51,043 bases of DNA from Chloroflexota bacterium. GTDB taxonomy: Bacteria > Chloroflexota > UBA6077 > CF-72. Numbering within the stretch: position 1 is the stretch's first letter; each line of letters begins with the position of its first letter. The notes beneath the pieces are model-generated. The model was not told the origin of the DNA. It was given only the letters and a program-made list of their open reading frames with translations, and made no database searches. The DNA is taken from contig JBPCIO010000364.1 in NCBI GenBank assembly GCA_051006215.1, forward strand, positions 1-51,043, given 5' to 3'. Shown here piece by piece: positions 48,121 to 51,043 of the stretch. The position numbers and the translations under genes were made by a program.

Positions 48121-48882
48121 ATGAAAGGCGTCATTCTCGCTGGCGGCACGGGAAGCCGATTGCATCCGCTGACCCGCATCACCAATAAGCACCTGCTGCC
48201 CGTCTACGACAAGCCGATGATCTTCTACCCCATCGAGACCCTGGTCACGGCGGGAGTTGACGAGATCATGGTCGTCACAGGTGGCAACCATGCAGGCGAA
48301 TTCCTGCCGCTGCTCGGCAACGGGAACGAGTTCGGGTTGAAGCGGCTACAGTTTTCATACCAGGCCCAGGCCGGCGGTATAGCGGAGGCGCTCGGCTTGT
48401 GTGAAAGCTTCACCGACGGTGACAAGGTTGTGGTCATGCTCGGCGACAACATCGTTGGACAGTCCATCGCACCATATGTCCAGCACTTTGTCAGCCAGCC
48501 TCGTGGGGGCAGGCTGTTGCTCAAGGAGATGGAAGATCCGAGCCATCTGCGGCATCTTGGCGTGCCGTTGTTTGGCAAGGAGGATCGCCTGGCGTTCATT
48601 CGCGAGAAGCCAGAGACCCCCCCCAGTCCGTACGCTGTCATCGGCATCTACATGTACGACCCCGAGGTATTTTCCATCGTTCGGGAGCTCAAACCTTCTG
48701 GGCGGGGTGAGCTCGAGATCACCGACGTCAACAATGCCTACATCGACCGCGGACTCATGGAGTACGACATTATCGATGGCTTCTGGGGTGACGCGGGTGA
48801 GTCGATCGACGTGTATTACTCGGTCATCGACCACGTCCGAAAACACGGCGCCAATCGATCCGCAGCTTCCCTCGCAGCTTGA
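48121..48882 (+). CDS. rmlA: Glucose-1-phosphate thymidylyltransferase (short, SpsI-like)
   Basis: ILAGGTGSRL, KHLLPVYDKPMI, LGDN and RGELEITD motifs. Confidence 0.88.
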   Translation: MKGVILAGGTGSRLHPLTRITNKHLLPVYDKPMIFYPIETLVTAGVDEIMVVTGGNHAGEFLPLLGNGNEFGLKRLQFSYQAQAGGIAEALGLCESFTDGDKVVVMLGDNIVGQSIAPYVQHFVSQPRGGRLLLKEMEDPSHLRHLGVPLFGKEDRLAFIREKPETPPSPYAVIGIYMYDPEVFSIVRELKPSGRGELEITDVNNAYIDRGLMEYDIIDGFWGDAGESIDVYYSVIDHVRKHGANRSAASLAA

Positions 48883-48885
48883 TCG

Positions 48886-49914
48886 ATGCGGATCCTGGTT
48901 ACGGGCGGGGCCGGCTTCATCGGGTCTGAGTTCGTTCGGCGAACCTTGGGCTCCTACGCCGACGACGAAGTCACCGTGCTCGACAAACTCACCTACGCTG
49001 GCAATCTCGAGAACCTGCGATCGGTGGCCTCCGACCCACGCTTCCGCTTCGTGCATGGCGACATTGGCGATCGGGAAGCGGTGCAAAATGCGCTACAAGA
49101 CTGCGATGCGGTGGTCAACTTTGCCGCCGAGACTCACGTCGACCGTAGCATCCTGGAGCCGGACGCGTTTGTCAAAACCGACGTGCTGGGCACGTGGACG
49201 CTAGCCGAGGCTGCTCGTGGGGTGCGGATCAAACGCTTCCTGCAGGTCAGCACTGACGAGGTCTACGGAGCCCTGCTCGACGGGGCCTCGATCGAGACTG
49301 ACCGGCTCGATCCGACCAGCCCCTACTCGGCTGCCAAAGCCGGCGGCGAGCTGCTGGTTCTAGCCGCGTACAAAACCTACAGCTTGCCCGCGCTGGTGAT
49401 CCGCGGCGCCAACGCCTACGGACCCTTCCAGTACCCCGAAAAGTTAATTCCGCTGCACATCACCAACGCCATCGACGACCAGCCCTTACCCGTCTACGGA
49501 GACGGCCAGCAGCGCCGCCAATGGACCCACGTCGAGGATTTTGCGTCCGGGGTGGACATGGCGCTCCGCAAAGGCGAGCTCGGCCAGATCTACAATGTCG
49601 GGAGTCCCGAGCCAGAATCCGAGATGCCGGTCAATCTGGCCCTTTCGCGACGGATTCTCGAGTTGTTGGGCAAGCCGGCCAGCTTGATCGAGTACGTGGT
49701 CGATCGCCCGGCCCACGATCGACGCTACCGAGTGGATGCGCGCAAGCTCCTCGACCTGGGCTGGCAGCCCAAGTGGCGCTTCTGGAATGGGCTGGAGGCC
49801 ACGGTCAACTGGTATTCCGAGCAGCCGGCGTGGTGGCGCAGCATCAAGTCTGGCGAGCACCACCAGGCCTACATATCCCAGAACTACGGGGATCGGTCCT
49901 CGTTCGCACGCTGA
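48886..49914 (+). CDS. rmlB: dTDP-glucose 4,6-dehydratase
   Basis: TGGAGFIG, AAETHVDRS, STDEVYG, YSAAK and PEKLIP motifs. Confidence 0.94.
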   Translation: MRILVTGGAGFIGSEFVRRTLGSYADDEVTVLDKLTYAGNLENLRSVASDPRFRFVHGDIGDREAVQNALQDCDAVVNFAAETHVDRSILEPDAFVKTDVLGTWTLAEAARGVRIKRFLQVSTDEVYGALLDGASIETDRLDPTSPYSAAKAGGELLVLAAYKTYSLPALVIRGANAYGPFQYPEKLIPLHITNAIDDQPLPVYGDGQQRRQWTHVEDFASGVDMALRKGELGQIYNVGSPEPESEMPVNLALSRRILELLGKPASLIEYVVDRPAHDRRYRVDARKLLDLGWQPKWRFWNGLEATVNWYSEQPAWWRSIKSGEHHQAYISQNYGDRSSFAR

Positions 49915-49933
49915 AGACGCTACAGTTACGCAC

Positions 49934-51043
49934 GTGCCTGTAACGGCTGTCGTCGGTGGCCATTGGGGCGACGAGGGCAAAGGCAAGGTCATCAACCTGC
50001 TCGCCCGGGATGCAGATGTCGTTATCCGTGGCCACGGCGGCGCGAACGCTGGTCACACCGTCGTCAACGAGCATGGCCGCTTCGCTGTCCACCTGATTCC
50101 GGCCGGCATCTTCAATCCCCGCGCTATGTGCATCATCGGACCGGGCGTGGCTGTGCACCCCGGCCTCCTCGTAGCGGAGCTCGACGAGCTCGGCGCGCGC
50201 GAGATCGACACCAGCGGATTGCGGGTGAGCACCGCCGCGCACCTGGTCATGCCGTACCACCAGAGCCTGGACAAAGCTGAGGATGACGCTCGCGAACAAC
50301 GACGCCTCGGCACGACCGGGCGTGGCATCGGGCCCACCTATGTCGACAAATCTCGCCGAATAGGCTTGCGCGTCGGCGACCTGCTCGACGCGCAACTGTT
50401 CCGCGAGAAGCTCCAGTTTGTGTTGGATCGCAAGTATCACGAGTTGGCTGCTGTGGGGATTGCCCGTCCCGATGCGCATGCGGTCGCCGACCAGTATTTA
50501 CAGCTTGCCCATTGGCTTCGGCCATTCATTGCCGAGACCCAGCCGCTCGTCGACGAAGCTGTTGCACGCGGCCGGCAGGTGCTGCTCGAAGGTGCGCATG
50601 CAACGCTGTTGGATCTGGACCACGGCACCTACCCGTATGTCACCAGCAGTCACTGCACCGTGGCTGGCCTTCTTCAAGGTTCAGGCGTTGGGCCGCGGCG
50701 CTTGACCCGCGCGATCGGTGTCTACAAGGCCTACTGCAGCCGCGTCGGTGAGGGCCCGTTTCCAACGGAGTTGTTCGACGAAACCGGTGACCACATTCGT
50801 GAGATCGGGCACGAGTACGGAACGACAACGGGCCGCCCACGGCGATGCGGCTGGTTCGACGCGGTTGCGGGGCGGCATTCGTCACACGTCAACGCCTTTG
50901 ACGGGATCGCCATCACGCGCCTGGACATTCTGGCCGGGTTCTCCGAGCTGCGAGTCTGCACGGCGTACGAGCTCGACGGACGTGAGATCGATTATTTTCC
51001 AAGCCAGGTCGAAGCTCTCGAGCGGTGCCGCCCGATCTATGAG
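49934..51043 (+). CDS. purA: Adenylosuccinate synthase, 3'-truncated by window edge (absent from the ORF track)
   Basis: GTG start gives MPVTAVVGGHWGDEGKGK, then NAGHT, GTTGRGIGP, DHGTYPYVTSS and TTGRPRRCGW. TACAGT lies 7 nt upstream. Confidence 0.95.
   Translation, partial: MPVTAVVGGHWGDEGKGKVINLLARDADVVIRGHGGANAGHTVVNEHGRFAVHLIPAGIFNPRAMCIIGPGVAVHPGLLVAELDELGAREIDTSGLRVSTAAHLVMPYHQSLDKAEDDAREQRRLGTTGRGIGPTYVDKSRRIGLRVGDLLDAQLFREKLQFVLDRKYHELAAVGIARPDAHAVADQYLQLAHWLRPFIAETQPLVDEAVARGRQVLLEGAHATLLDLDHGTYPYVTSSHCTVAGLLQGSGVGPRRLTRAIGVYKAYCSRVGEGPFPTELFDETGDHIREIGHEYGTTTGRPRRCGWFDAVAGRHSSHVNAFDGIAITRLDILAGFSELRVCTAYELDGREIDYFPSQVEALERCRPIYE

Overview
GC-rich bacterial chromosomal segment, probably Chloroflexota (inferred from gene content and style, not proven). 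It is almost entirely housekeeping and envelope genes. In order: fatty-acid catabolism (APH-family kinase, acyl-CoA ligase, acyl-CoA dehydrogenase, SDR), lipB-lpdA, molybdenum-cofactor genes, flippase-pepA-GT-C-metG, thrC, a carbohydrate ABC transporter, a TPP-riboswitch thiamine operon (thiE, fused thiS-thiG, thiO), wecB, a shikimate operon (aroF-A-E-C-K-B), an LCP protein, a polysaccharide locus with one nonsense-interrupted glycosyltransferase, rmlA/B and a partial purA. I saw no tRNA, rRNA, CRISPR array or transposase. The most interesting signals lie below the ORF-track size cut-off. (1) A complete ribosome-dependent attenuator with a leaderless Tyr/Phe leader peptide precedes the aro operon. 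(2) Several tiny ORFs exactly bridge intergenic gaps through stop/start overlaps at both ends, a possible ribosome-relay system. (3) A strict TANNNT-7 nt-start leaderless promoter pattern recurs. (4) An apparently catalytically dead M3-like peptidase is coupled to moaC-moaB.
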